Below, piece by piece: positions 55,175-64,000 of a stretch of 64,000 bases of DNA. A model generated the notes under the pieces. That model was given only the letters and a program-made list of their open reading frames with translations, ran no database searches and was not told where the DNA came from. This DNA comes from Christensenellales bacterium (GTDB lineage: Bacteria > Bacillota > Clostridia > Christensenellales > SZUA-584): assembly GCA_050943215.1 (NCBI GenBank), contig JBMNOU010000001.1, positions 9,618 to 73,617 on the forward strand. Reading direction: 5' to 3'. Every line of letters starts with the position of its first letter. Within the stretch, counting starts at the first letter, position 1. The translations under genes and the position numbers were made by a program.

Positions 55175-56601
55175 TGGCTGTCACTTCCATTTGGAGCGTC
55201 AAGGGCTGGCTTGGTAAGGTGCTTGTCTATACAGAGAACCCCGACAAGACCGAGAACCCCGCCTATTATGAAAAGCAAGGCATGACGGCTGCGCAGGCGC
55301 AGGGGCTTTCGGACGTCATAGACTACGCTTCCCAAACCCGCAAGACACAGCTTACCGATGAAAACGCCGAAATCCTCCGGCATTACGTCACCGGGCTGAA
55401 CTGCGCTCCCGAGACTGCCCGCGACGAGATGATTGCCGCAAAGAAAAAATTCGGCAAAGAAAATGGCGTCGTCGTTTATCACGGCATACAGTCCTTTTCC
55501 TCCAAAGATTTGCAGGCGGGATTGACCCCCGACATGGCGCATGAAATCGGCGTAAAGTTAGCCAAGAGGCTTTGGGGCGATCAATACCAAGTCGTTGTCA
55601 CCACACATTTGGATAAAGCCAACCACCTTCATTCTCATTTTGTAGTCAACACGGTTTCGTGGGTAGACGGCATTCGCTACCATCGCACTGAGCGGGATTA
55701 CTACAATATGCAAATCGAGTCCGACAAGCTATGCCGTGAATATGGCCTGTCCGTCATCGAAGAACCCAAGCGCGGCAAATCCAAACATTACGGTGAATGG
55801 CGGTCCGAAAAAGACAGCCAACCCACCTACCGTAGTTTGGTCAAAGCCGACGTCGATCAGGCCATATTGGAATCCATGACCGAGCGGCAGCTTTGGGACA
55901 ATCTTTATAAAAAAGGCTATCATATCAAATTCGGTAAAGACATCACCCTGCGCCCTCCGGGTAAAGACAGGGGTTTGAAGCTATATCGCAACTTTGGCGA
56001 GGATTATTCGATTGAGAGCATCCGAAATCGCATATTGGCAAATATGCGTCCGCAGCGGATCGTCCTCCCGGCAGAGAGACCGCCCAAGCGGATATACCTT
56101 ATTGGCAAACTAAATACCGCCCGTAAGATTACAGGGCTTCGCGCCCTGTATTTTTCTTATCTCTACAAAATGGGTGTTCTCCCGAAAAAGCGGAAGCAAT
56201 CACCAAACCGCATATATTTTTTGTTCCGCGAGGATATTCGCTTTATTCAAAATATCTCAAAAGAAACCCGTTTGTTGGTGACGCATGGCATCGACACCGC
56301 CGAGCAGCTTACCGACCATAAGGACAACTTAACGACTGAAATCATTTCCCTGTACGACGAACGGAAGTGTTTGCGGTATCAAATGCGAAATATCCATGAC
56401 GATGAAAAGCTGGCGGCAATCAAAACCGACATTGCCGCTCTATCCGCTAAAATCGGTGAACTGCGAAAGGATGTGAGGTTATGTGAGGATATTGAAAAGC
56501 GCTCTATAGATATGAAAGAGAAAATCCGCAGAGCCGCCGAGGACGAAAAAAACAAGGGAAAGGAGATGAGCCGACATGAATCATTCAGGGGACGCCGCTG
56601 A
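55174..56601 (+). CDS. Relaxase/mobilisation nuclease (MobA/VirD2 family)
   Basis: His-triad THLDKANHLHSHFVVN, an N-terminal relaxase fold and a C-terminal coiled coil. The GTG start overlaps the mobC stop. Confidence 0.9.
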   Translation: MAVTSIWSVKGWLGKVLVYTENPDKTENPAYYEKQGMTAAQAQGLSDVIDYASQTRKTQLTDENAEILRHYVTGLNCAPETARDEMIAAKKKFGKENGVVVYHGIQSFSSKDLQAGLTPDMAHEIGVKLAKRLWGDQYQVVVTTHLDKANHLHSHFVVNTVSWVDGIRYHRTERDYYNMQIESDKLCREYGLSVIEEPKRGKSKHYGEWRSEKDSQPTYRSLVKADVDQAILESMTERQLWDNLYKKGYHIKFGKDITLRPPGKDRGLKLYRNFGEDYSIESIRNRILANMRPQRIVLPAERPPKRIYLIGKLNTARKITGLRALYFSYLYKMGVLPKKRKQSPNRIYFLFREDIRFIQNISKETRLLVTHGIDTAEQLTDHKDNLTTEIISLYDERKCLRYQMRNIHDDEKLAAIKTDIAALSAKIGELRKDVRLCEDIEKRSIDMKEKIRRAAEDEKNKGKEMSRHESFRGRR

Positions 56602-57439
56602 ACAAATTGTACGATTGAGTTTGGAGGGCGTCGAGGTCGCTGCCAGAATCACAGGCGCGGCGGCAAAGGAGATCGCAACCTTCATTGTAGCTGCGCTCAA
56701 ATCCAAAAACAGCACCCTCAAACTCAAGGGCAAGGCGCGAATGACCTCCATGCTCAAGTCTGGTAAGGCGTTAGAGATTTTTTCAGTCAAGGACAGTGAT
56801 TTACAGAAATTTGCCCAGGGTGCGAAACAGTACGGTATTGTCTACTGCGTTTTGCGAAACAGGAAAAATACCCCGGACGGATTATGCGACATCATGGTAA
56901 AGGCCGATGATGCACCGAAAATCAGCAGGGTTATAGAACGCTTCCAGTTCGCCACGGTGGATAAGGCGAAGATCGAGAGCGAAATCGTGCAGACAAGAGC
57001 CGAGAAAGCGCAGGGCGTACAGCCCGCTGCCCCGGATAGAGATGATCCCGGCGACAAGCTGCTGGACGATTTTCTTGGCACGGACGAGGGCAAGGCCGCG
57101 CCGGAGAATCAACCTGAAACAGATAAACCGGACGTTGCGAAAACCGCCCCGGTAAAGGAAACGCCCGTAAACCCCGCAAAGGCAAAGACAGAGAAATCCC
57201 TTCCGTCCGAGCCTACCTTCAAGAGCAAAAGCAACTCCGCAAAGGGTACTTCGAGTAAGTCGTCCGTAAGAGAAGAACTACAGGAAATTAAAGCGGCGCG
57301 GCAGACGGAGAAAGAAACGGACACGCCGACGCCGGGAGATCGGGTGACTTCAAATAAGCCGAGAGCCGACAAGACCACCACCCATAAACAGCCGCAGAAC
57401 AACCGCAAACCTAAATCCAAAAAACCAAAGGAGCGATAA
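56576..57439 (+). CDS. PcfB-like (DUF3801) protein with Pro/Lys-rich tail
   Basis: N-terminal AAEQIVRLSLEGVEVAARITGAAAKEIATFIVAALK is typical of PcfB/DUF3801. Confidence 0.7.
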   Translation: MNHSGDAAEQIVRLSLEGVEVAARITGAAAKEIATFIVAALKSKNSTLKLKGKARMTSMLKSGKALEIFSVKDSDLQKFAQGAKQYGIVYCVLRNRKNTPDGLCDIMVKADDAPKISRVIERFQFATVDKAKIESEIVQTRAEKAQGVQPAAPDRDDPGDKLLDDFLGTDEGKAAPENQPETDKPDVAKTAPVKETPVNPAKAKTEKSLPSEPTFKSKSNSAKGTSSKSSVREELQEIKAARQTEKETDTPTPGDRVTSNKPRADKTTTHKQPQNNRKPKSKKPKER

Positions 57440-57537
57440 CTGATGACAAATTACGATGATTTATTGAGCAACGCACCCGCAGAGGAACAAAGCGCAAAGA
57501 AGATGGTACGCCGGGAACGGGCTACAATGCAAAAAAG

Positions 57538-58050
57538 GTGTTCGACATCTCACAGGTGGATACCCGCAAGCTGCGTATTACACCACCGCCTCATTACGGT
57601 GAACGGCAGCTATTATCCGCGCTGATCAGCAAAGCGCCCGTAAAAATAATCGGCGTTGATACTATGCCCAATTATATTCCTGACGAGATAGGAGCCACTT
57701 ATGATTTAGTGGACAAACAGATTCTTGTCCGCAAAGGGATGGGATTTTTCGACACGTTCAAAAGCGTAGCGCAGGAACTTTGCTTTGTCGATCTGTCCAC
57801 CGGCCCCGATACGCAGGCCGATCCGCGTTTCTCCGCATACTGCGCTTCGTATCTGCTTTGCAAAAAGTATGGAGTGGACGTACAGGATTTCTTCTTTGAG
57901 GACGCCCCCGGTATATTTGACGGTATGGACGCGCAGGAGATCAAAGGCGAGCTTTCACAAATCCGCGATGCCGCTGAAAACATCTCCGGGCGCATGGCAC
58001 GGCAGCTTGAAGCACAGCAAAGGGCGGCGAAATCGCAGGAAGTGAGATAG
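57538..58050 (+). CDS. Conserved ICE protein of unknown function (N-terminus apparently in another frame)
   Basis: 170-aa body from GTG 57538. A well-placed RBS plus ATG 57443 lies in the +1 neighbouring frame, and the frames meet at an A6 run (57531-57536). Confidence 0.5.
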   Translation: MFDISQVDTRKLRITPPPHYGERQLLSALISKAPVKIIGVDTMPNYIPDEIGATYDLVDKQILVRKGMGFFDTFKSVAQELCFVDLSTGPDTQADPRFSAYCASYLLCKKYGVDVQDFFFEDAPGIFDGMDAQEIKGELSQIRDAAENISGRMARQLEAQQRAAKSQEVR

Positions 58051-58055
58051 CAGCG

Positions 58056-58241
58056 ATGAAAGAAGAACAGAAAATGATCACGCTTGACGAATACGAGGAA
58101 GGCGCGGTAATCGAAGGGCTGAACAAAGTCCGCACCGAACAGCTTGAAAAAGACGGAAAAGCTGATTTTGTCAGTGACCTTATGCTGAAAATTCTGCATA
58201 CACCGCAGAAGAAAGTAAAGGTGCGGGATGAAGCGCGATAA
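58056..58241 (+). CDS. Small conserved ICE protein (61 aa), paralogue of 37908..38078
   Basis: MITLDEYEEGAVIEGLNKVRT...QKKVKV aligns with the 37908 product. Confidence 0.5.
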   Translation: MKEEQKMITLDEYEEGAVIEGLNKVRTEQLEKDGKADFVSDLMLKILHTPQKKVKVRDEAR

Positions 58242-60090
58242 CCCGAAGCAAACCCTTCTCCTGTTTGCTTTCGGCATTATTCCGGTGGTATGGGCGGCCT
58301 TATTGACCGCCCCCGCCATCGCCGGAGGACTTCCCGAAATTCTGCAAAACCTGACGGCGGCATTAAATAACCCATTGCAAATTGAGTGGTGTGAGGACAG
58401 TTTAAAAACTGTCCTTCTTTTTATTATCGCTTACGGTTTGGGGATCGGGATATATTTTTCAACCCGGCGTAACACAAGACCGGGGGAAGAACACGGAAGC
58501 GCCAAATGGGGCGACGTCCGTGCCATCAACCGTAAATATGCGGACAAGCGGTTTTGCGAAAACAAGATTCTTACGAAACATGTACGCATTGGTTTTGACA
58601 CGCACAAGCACAGGCGCAATATGAACGTTTTGGTGTGTGGGGGCAGTGGCTCAGGCAAAACTCGATTTTATTGCAAGGTAAACGCCATGAATTGCAACAC
58701 CTCAATGGTGATTTTAGACCCCAAAGGGGAAATCGCCCGCGACACAGGACTGTTGCTTAAAAAGAGCGGCATGGAGGTAAAGGTGCTTGATCTTATCAAT
58801 ATGTGGCGCAGCCATTGTTACAATCCGTTTGTGTATTTAGAAAATGACAACGATGTGCAGCGTTTGGTGACAAACCTATTCAAAAGCACTACACCCAAGG
58901 GAGCGCAAAGCCAAGATCCGTTTTGGGATACCGCAGCCAGCATGTTGCTTCTGGCACTCGTTTTCTATTTGAAATACGAAGCGCCGCCGAACGAACAGAA
59001 TTTTTCGATGGTCATGGAAATGCTTCGGGCGGGCGACGTGCGCGAGGATGACGACAGCTATCAATCACCTCTTGACGAACTCTTTGATCGTTTGGAAATG
59101 CGAAACTCCGACCATATCGCGGTGAAATATTACCGCGACTATCGAAGCGGTTCGGGCAAGACCCTCAAAAGCATTCAGATCACGCTGGCCGCAAAATTGG
59201 AAAAATTTAATTTAAAAAGTCTTGCCGCCCTCACCGTTACCGACGAACTGGACCTTATGAGCATTGGCGAGAAAAAGACCGCGCTGTTTATCATCATTCC
59301 CGATAACGACAGCTCGTTCAACTTTCTCGTATCCATCCTCTACACCCAACTATTTCAGCAGCTTTTTTACAGTGCCGATCATAAACACGGCGGTTCGCTG
59401 CCGGTACACGTCCATTTCTTAATGGACGAATTTGCGAACGTCAGTCTGCCAGACGACTTTGACAAGATACTCTCCGTTATGCGCTCACGCGGCGTATCGG
59501 TCAGCATCATCCTGCAAAATATTGCCCAGCTCAGAGCATTATTTGAAAAGCAGTGGGAATCAATCATGGGTAACTGCGATGAATTTCTCTACTTGGGGGG
59601 CAACGAAACTTCAAGTCACAAGCTGGTCAGCGAATCCCTTTTAGGTAAGTCAACTTTGGATATAAACACATACGGAAAATCCACAGGGCGGAACGGAAAT
59701 TATAGCACCAACTATCAGCTATCGGGGCGGGAGCTTATGACCCCGGATGAAGTGCGGATGCTGGACAACCGTTACGCCTTATTATTCATACGCGGCGAGC
59801 GTCCCATCATGGACGAAAAATTTGACATCCTGCGTCACCCGCACGTAGGAGATACAGCAGACGGCAAGGCCGGACGGTTTATCCACGGTGAAGTCACGAA
59901 CTCCGTCGCCTCCCTTGTCTTTGACGAGGACATTGACCCGGCGGGTCTGCCGGAACCGGATATCACGGACGCAGACATTGAACTGCTGTCCGAGGAAGAT
60001 TTGGAAGAACTATTTAACAAGGAGGAACCATCCAATGAAGAAAAACATGAAACCGGCCCAAAGGCAACCCGTGACAAACGGCGGCCGTAA
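58228..60090 (+). CDS. Type IV coupling protein (VirD4/TraG family)
   Basis: Two N-terminal TM helices, Walker A VCGGSGSGKT and Walker B FLMDEFAN. Confidence 0.9.
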   Translation: MKRDNPKQTLLLFAFGIIPVVWAALLTAPAIAGGLPEILQNLTAALNNPLQIEWCEDSLKTVLLFIIAYGLGIGIYFSTRRNTRPGEEHGSAKWGDVRAINRKYADKRFCENKILTKHVRIGFDTHKHRRNMNVLVCGGSGSGKTRFYCKVNAMNCNTSMVILDPKGEIARDTGLLLKKSGMEVKVLDLINMWRSHCYNPFVYLENDNDVQRLVTNLFKSTTPKGAQSQDPFWDTAASMLLLALVFYLKYEAPPNEQNFSMVMEMLRAGDVREDDDSYQSPLDELFDRLEMRNSDHIAVKYYRDYRSGSGKTLKSIQITLAAKLEKFNLKSLAALTVTDELDLMSIGEKKTALFIIIPDNDSSFNFLVSILYTQLFQQLFYSADHKHGGSLPVHVHFLMDEFANVSLPDDFDKILSVMRSRGVSVSIILQNIAQLRALFEKQWESIMGNCDEFLYLGGNETSSHKLVSESLLGKSTLDINTYGKSTGRNGNYSTNYQLSGRELMTPDEVRMLDNRYALLFIRGERPIMDEKFDILRHPHVGDTADGKAGRFIHGEVTNSVASLVFDEDIDPAGLPEPDITDADIELLSEEDLEELFNKEEPSNEEKHETGPKATRDKRRP

Positions 60091-60382
60091 AGGGTTTCGT
60101 ATCTATGTCGCTGTAGTACTTGCTCTCACACTGGTGATGGGCTTTGGCACAACCGCGTTTGCAGCGAACGACCCGGTGACGGTTGTAAACAATTTGAGCG
60201 AGTTTATTTTCGGGATTATTCGGGCAATCGGCCTGATTTTGCTCGGCTTTGGCATCGTCCAGATTGGCCTTTCTTTGAAAAGCCACGACCCGTCACAACG
60301 TGCAAATGGTTTTCTCACCTTGGCGGGTGGCGTGATTATTACCTTTTCTAAAGAGATTTTGAACCTAATTACGGGAGGTTGA
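60035..60382 (+). CDS. Small membrane protein, Maff2/pilin-like
   Basis: Signal/TM segment with AFA cleavage context, plus two more hydrophobic helices. The start is trimmed to ATG 60035. Confidence 0.55.
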   Translation: MKKNMKPAQRQPVTNGGRKGFRIYVAVVLALTLVMGFGTTAFAANDPVTVVNNLSEFIFGIIRAIGLILLGFGIVQIGLSLKSHDPSQRANGFLTLAGGVIITFSKEILNLITGG

Positions 60383-60618
60383 GTGTCATGCAGGACTATA
60401 TGGACAAATGCCCCTGCTATATCCACTCACTGAAAAAGCCGGATGGAACGAACGTATTGGCCGAAGCCAGCATCCTGAAAAAGTTAGGCAATAACGATTA
60501 TCTGGCCGACTACAACGGCGTAAAATGCCACGCTATCTACAACCCCTTTGCGGAACGCTACTATGTGGATGATAAATACGGCGTGATTCGCGAACCAGCA
60601 GGGCGTGAAACAAGGTAG
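60379..60618 (+). CDS. Hypothetical small protein
   Basis: 79-aa ORF whose start overlaps the upstream stop. No motif was recognised. Confidence 0.4.
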   Translation: MSVMQDYMDKCPCYIHSLKKPDGTNVLAEASILKKLGNNDYLADYNGVKCHAIYNPFAERYYVDDKYGVIREPAGRETR

Positions 60619-60683
60619 CCACATAACGGGAGCAGGCCAAAACAACGGTTTGCTCCCGTAAATCTTGTGAAGGAGGTGGTCAC

Positions 60684-61514
60684 TTGAATTGGATTATAGA
60701 AAATCTTGAAAACGCTCTGAACACATGGAACCAGAAGATGGCTGAAATTTTTCAGCTTTTAACCCAAAGCCCCGAAACCTTTAAGGGCGGCGGGATATGG
60801 TCGGTTATAAAGGACATTCATGGCGCAGTTCAAGCCGTAGGATTTGGTCTGTTAGTGTTGTTCTTCGTGATCGGCGTGATGAAAACATGCGGTTCGTTTG
60901 CCGAAATAAAACGCCCCGAAGTGGCGGTCAAGGTGTTTATCCGTTTCGCCTGCGCGAAAGCGGCGGTCACTTACGGCTTAGAGTTAATGATGGCACTCTT
61001 TTCCATCGTGCAGGGCTTGGTTGCCCGGATTATGGGAGCGGCGGGTTTCTCCGGCGCTGAAAACACCATATTGCCGGAGAGCATTAAGACCGCAATAAAC
61101 AACACGGGATTTTTCGACAGCATTCCATTATGGGCGGTGACATTGCTTGGCGGCCTGTTCATTACGGTACTCAGCTTCATTATGATTATGAGCGTATATG
61201 GCCGCTTTTTTAAGCTCTATATGTATTCAGCTATTGCCCCCGTCCCGCTTGCCTCGTTTGCCGGAGAACCATCGCAGAGTATGGGAAAATCGTTCATTAA
61301 ATCTTATGCGGCGGTTTGCTTAGAGGGTGCGATTGTGGTGCTGGCCTGCATTATCTTTTCCCTGTTCGCCTCCGCGCCCCCTGCCATTGACCCCAGTGCG
61401 GCGGCGGTGACACAGGTGTGGGCTTATGTGGGTGAGTTGATCTTTAACATGCTCGTCCTGGTCGGAGCCGTGAAAATGGCGGATAGGCTGGTGCGCGAGA
61501 TGCTCGGATTATAA
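60684..61514 (+). CDS. Polytopic T4SS membrane protein (VirB6/TrbL-like)
   Basis: 276 aa with a TTG start after GAAGGAGG and 5-6 TM segments, positioned ahead of PrgI/VirB4. Confidence 0.6.
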   Translation: MNWIIENLENALNTWNQKMAEIFQLLTQSPETFKGGGIWSVIKDIHGAVQAVGFGLLVLFFVIGVMKTCGSFAEIKRPEVAVKVFIRFACAKAAVTYGLELMMALFSIVQGLVARIMGAAGFSGAENTILPESIKTAINNTGFFDSIPLWAVTLLGGLFITVLSFIMIMSVYGRFFKLYMYSAIAPVPLASFAGEPSQSMGKSFIKSYAAVCLEGAIVVLACIIFSLFASAPPAIDPSAAAVTQVWAYVGELIFNMLVLVGAVKMADRLVREMLGL

Positions 61515-61542
61515 TAAAAAATCTGATGGGAGGAAAATTATA

Positions 61543-62121
61543 ATGTCTTATTACAACGTAAAAAAGCAGAACCGCGAATTGCCATCTGCGGAAAAGCTGA
61601 CCGAAGAACTGAACAAATGCATGGGATTACAAGAAACCATGAAAGCGGTAAATGCTTACTGGCGCAAAACCGGGACGTGCGTGGGTGCGCCGGGTATTAC
61701 GGAAGTACAAGCTAAAAAGCTGGATGAAAAAATCGCTGCTACGCACTACTCATGGGAAAAGCAGCCCTTTTCAAGTTACGACCTCACGAACAACAACAGC
61801 AAAATTAAGCGGCTGGAAAGCAAGCTCAAGGAAGTCAGCAAAGGCTTTGCAGGATGGGAGTTTGAAGGTGGCCACGCCGAAGCAAATACCGAGTTGAATA
61901 GGCTTCAGCTTTTCTTTGATGAACGCACAAGCAAAGAAAAGCATAATGCCCTGCGCCATGCGGGGTTTGTGTTTTCCCATGCCAACAGCGCATATCAGCG
62001 GCAGCTTACCGACAACGCTATTTACGCGGCGGGGCGGCTTGATTTCTTGAAGCCGTCTGACGGACGCACTGTGCGAGAACATCAGCCCAAATCCCCGAAG
62101 CGCCATGACGGAGCGAGGTGA
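61543..62121 (+). CDS. Hypothetical conserved ICE protein
   Basis: 192-aa soluble protein with a GGGAGG RBS. No motif was recognised. Confidence 0.45.
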   Translation: MSYYNVKKQNRELPSAEKLTEELNKCMGLQETMKAVNAYWRKTGTCVGAPGITEVQAKKLDEKIAATHYSWEKQPFSSYDLTNNNSKIKRLESKLKEVSKGFAGWEFEGGHAEANTELNRLQLFFDERTSKEKHNALRHAGFVFSHANSAYQRQLTDNAIYAAGRLDFLKPSDGRTVREHQPKSPKRHDGAR

Positions 62122-62486
62122 TCGGTATGGAAGTAAAAATCAATAGGGAAATCCGCAACTATACTGAATCCATGTTTTTCGGTCTTTCATTGCGCCAATG
62201 TATCTTTTCTGTTCTTGCTCTTGGTGTAGCCGTGGGCATTTACTTTGGATTGCGTGACCAGCTTGGTACGGAAACCGTATCCTGGGTGTGCATCCTTGGC
62301 GCGGCCCCATTTGCGGCAATGGGCTTTATCACCTATCACGGTATGACCGCCGAACAATTCGCATGGGTGTGGCTAAAATCAGAGTTTCTTATGCCCAAAC
62401 GCCTGACATTCAAGAATGAAAATATCTATTACGAAGCGGTCCGCCCGCTTATTGAAAACGCAAGGGGAGGTGCGAAACGTGCTTAA
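62118..62486 (+). CDS. PrgI-family (VirB3-like) membrane protein
   Basis: EIRNYTESMFFGLSLRQCIFSVLALGVAVGIYF is typical of PrgI/TcpE-like proteins. It immediately precedes the VirB4 ATPase. Confidence 0.7.
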   Translation: MIGMEVKINREIRNYTESMFFGLSLRQCIFSVLALGVAVGIYFGLRDQLGTETVSWVCILGAAPFAAMGFITYHGMTAEQFAWVWLKSEFLMPKRLTFKNENIYYEAVRPLIENARGGAKRA

Positions 62487-64000
62487 AACTCTACAAACGT
62501 GGTTTAGAGAGAACAAAGAACGCTTCAAAGTGCCAAAAGGCGTACAAGATGTCATTCCCGTCCACGCGATATACGAGGACGGGATTTTTCTTGTTGGCAA
62601 AGGCAATCTGTTTATGAGCGGTAACAAGTACAGCAAGACATTCAAATTTATGGATATAAACTATGCCGTAGCCAGCCGCACGGACAAAGAAGCCATGTTT
62701 CTGGATTACTCTGAACTCCTGAACTCTCTTGATTCCGGCGCGACGGCGAAGATCACCATCCGAGCGCGGCGGTTTTCTAAAGCCGACTATGAAGCCAACA
62801 TTTTAATCCCTATGGCAAACGATGGGTTAGACAAATACCGCAAAGAACTCAATGATATGCTGCTGAAAAAGGTCATGGAGAGCAACGCGATTGTTCTCGA
62901 CAAGATGATTACCGTCACCGTGTGCAAGAAAAACATTGAGGAAGCGCGGGCATATTTTATTCGCGTGGGCGCGGACTTGATCTCTCACTTTGCACAGCTT
63001 GGTTCTAAATGTACGGAATTGGATGTTAATGAGCGATTAAAACTGTTCCATGACTTCTATCGCCCTGGTGAAGAATCATCTTTCCACTTTGACATGAGCG
63101 CGGCCATGCGGCGCGGCCATAGCTTTAAGGATTATATCTGCCCCGACAGCATGGAATTTGACAAAAACTATTTCAAGGTGGGCGAACGCTTCGGGCGCAC
63201 CCTGTTTCTCAAGGAGTACGCTTCCTATATCAAAGACACTATGATAACCGAGCTTACCGAACTCAACCAAAACATGACACTCTCCATCGACATCCGGCCT
63301 GTCACGATGGACGAAGCGGTGCGTGAAGTGGAAAAGCGTGTTCTGGGAGTGGAGACGAATATAACGCAGTGGCAAAGGCGGCAGAACAGTAACAACAACT
63401 TTTCGGCCATTGTGCCTTACGATCTGGAGCAGCAAAGGAAGGAAAGCCGCGAGTTTTTGGATGACATCACCAGCCGTGACCAGCGCATGATTTTTGCCAC
63501 GGTGACTATCGTGCATACCGCCGCCACCAAAGAGCAGCTTGACGCTGATACCGAATCCCTGCTTTCCACAGCGCGTAAGCACCTGTGCCAGATCGCACCG
63601 CTGACCTTCCAACAACTTGACGGCCTAAACACCGTTTTGCCTTTCGGTCATACAAAGATTATGGCGGTACGAACGCTCACCACGGAGAGCCTTGCCGTCC
63701 TCATGCCCTTTAAGGTGCAAGAAGTGATGGACAGGGGCGGTATCTATTTCGGACAAAACGCCATATCCAACAACCTGATTATGTGCCTGAAAGAAAATCT
63801 GCTCAACTACTCAGCGTTTCGCCTGGGCGTTCCGGGTAGCGGCAAATCTTTTGGCGCGAAAATGGAACTGGTGTTAATTGCGCTGATGTTCCCGAACGAT
63901 GATATTTTGACCTGCGATCCAGAAAATGAATTCGCGGCGCTCATCAAAGCACTTGGCGGCGAAGTGATCCGCATTGCGGCGGGCAGTGACGATCACATCA
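62479..64000 (+). CDS. VirB4-family conjugative ATPase (5' part; open at window end)
   Basis: Absent from the ORF track because there is no stop in the window. The frame is open from GTG 62479 for 507 codons. It reads VLKTLQTWFRENKERFKVPKGVQDVIPV...FMDINYA... and carries Walker A GVPGSGKSF near 63835. Confidence 0.85.
   Translation, partial: MLKTLQTWFRENKERFKVPKGVQDVIPVHAIYEDGIFLVGKGNLFMSGNKYSKTFKFMDINYAVASRTDKEAMFLDYSELLNSLDSGATAKITIRARRFSKADYEANILIPMANDGLDKYRKELNDMLLKKVMESNAIVLDKMITVTVCKKNIEEARAYFIRVGADLISHFAQLGSKCTELDVNERLKLFHDFYRPGEESSFHFDMSAAMRRGHSFKDYICPDSMEFDKNYFKVGERFGRTLFLKEYASYIKDTMITELTELNQNMTLSIDIRPVTMDEAVREVEKRVLGVETNITQWQRRQNSNNNFSAIVPYDLEQQRKESREFLDDITSRDQRMIFATVTIVHTAATKEQLDADTESLLSTARKHLCQIAPLTFQQLDGLNTVLPFGHTKIMAVRTLTTESLAVLMPFKVQEVMDRGGIYFGQNAISNNLIMCLKENLLNYSAFRLGVPGSGKSFGAKMELVLIALMFPNDDILTCDPENEFAALIKALGGEVIRIAAGSDDHI

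Larger units (their letters stand above)
37577..64000. mobile_element. Integrated conjugative element (partial; right end outside window)
   Basis: It begins at the tRNA fragment. It carries parAB, an adhesin, ardA, a Toprim protein, MobC plus relaxase, a T4CP, VirB6-like, PrgI and VirB4-like genes. Composition is visibly GC-richer than the left 37 kb. No integrase is visible in the window. Confidence 0.8.

Noticed and set aside
57699-58319. 206-aa minus-strand ORF, and a 179-aa minus-strand ORF at 63076..63615
   Set aside because: Both are antisense to the conjugation genes (the VirB4 ATPase for the second). Neither has a start context or recognisable motifs.
1-64000. CRISPR arrays, rRNA genes, intact tRNAs, reverse transcriptases (retron/DGR), classic toxin-antitoxin pairs
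   Set aside because: I scanned for regularly spaced direct repeats, rRNA-like conserved blocks, cloverleaf-compatible T-arm/acceptor pairs and RT motifs (YxDD). None was found apart from the truncated tRNA-Arg.

Overview
All calls come from reading the sequence and the ORF track by eye. No homology search, HMM, covariance model or GC computation was run.

Layout: about 37.5 kb of chromosomal core from an endospore-forming Firmicute, probably Clostridia, followed by at least 26.4 kb of an integrated conjugative element (ICE) that runs off the right edge.

Core, left to right:
- sleB-ypeB.
- A complete nine-gene V-type ATPase operon on the minus strand, directly downstream of rpiB-upp.
- recF, a ZIP transporter, then leuS with a translationally coupled queT.
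- A fused ispDF, radC and corA.
- A strongly promoted, roughly 220-nt structured RNA of unknown class.
- rsmG, ispE and a queG-like gene.
- A textbook SAM-I riboswitch in front of metK.
- recD2, comFC, an aminotransferase, and a CDF transporter behind a czcD/NiCo-like leader.
- thpR.

A truncated tRNA-Arg(CCU) 3' half at 37529-37576 marks the probable ICE junction.

The ICE carries an HTH-Fic gene, parA/parB, a 1397-aa Cna-B-repeat surface adhesin and ardA. It also carries a DUF3991-Toprim protein, MobC plus relaxase, a PcfB-like protein, a VirD4-type coupling protein, a VirB6-like protein, PrgI and a VirB4-type ATPase.

Nested in the ICE, next to an IS256-family element, is an AT-richer island. 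Its single tightly packed minus-strand operon encodes Fic, a CD-NTase-like nucleotidyltransferase, an E2-like protein ending in a SEC-C motif, and an HNH-SAVED-like effector. It sits behind a promoter overlapped by a perfect 12-bp-arm palindrome.

The last three genes read as a type II-short CBASS. The co-operonic Fic gene and the palindromic operator are the most novel-looking part of the window.
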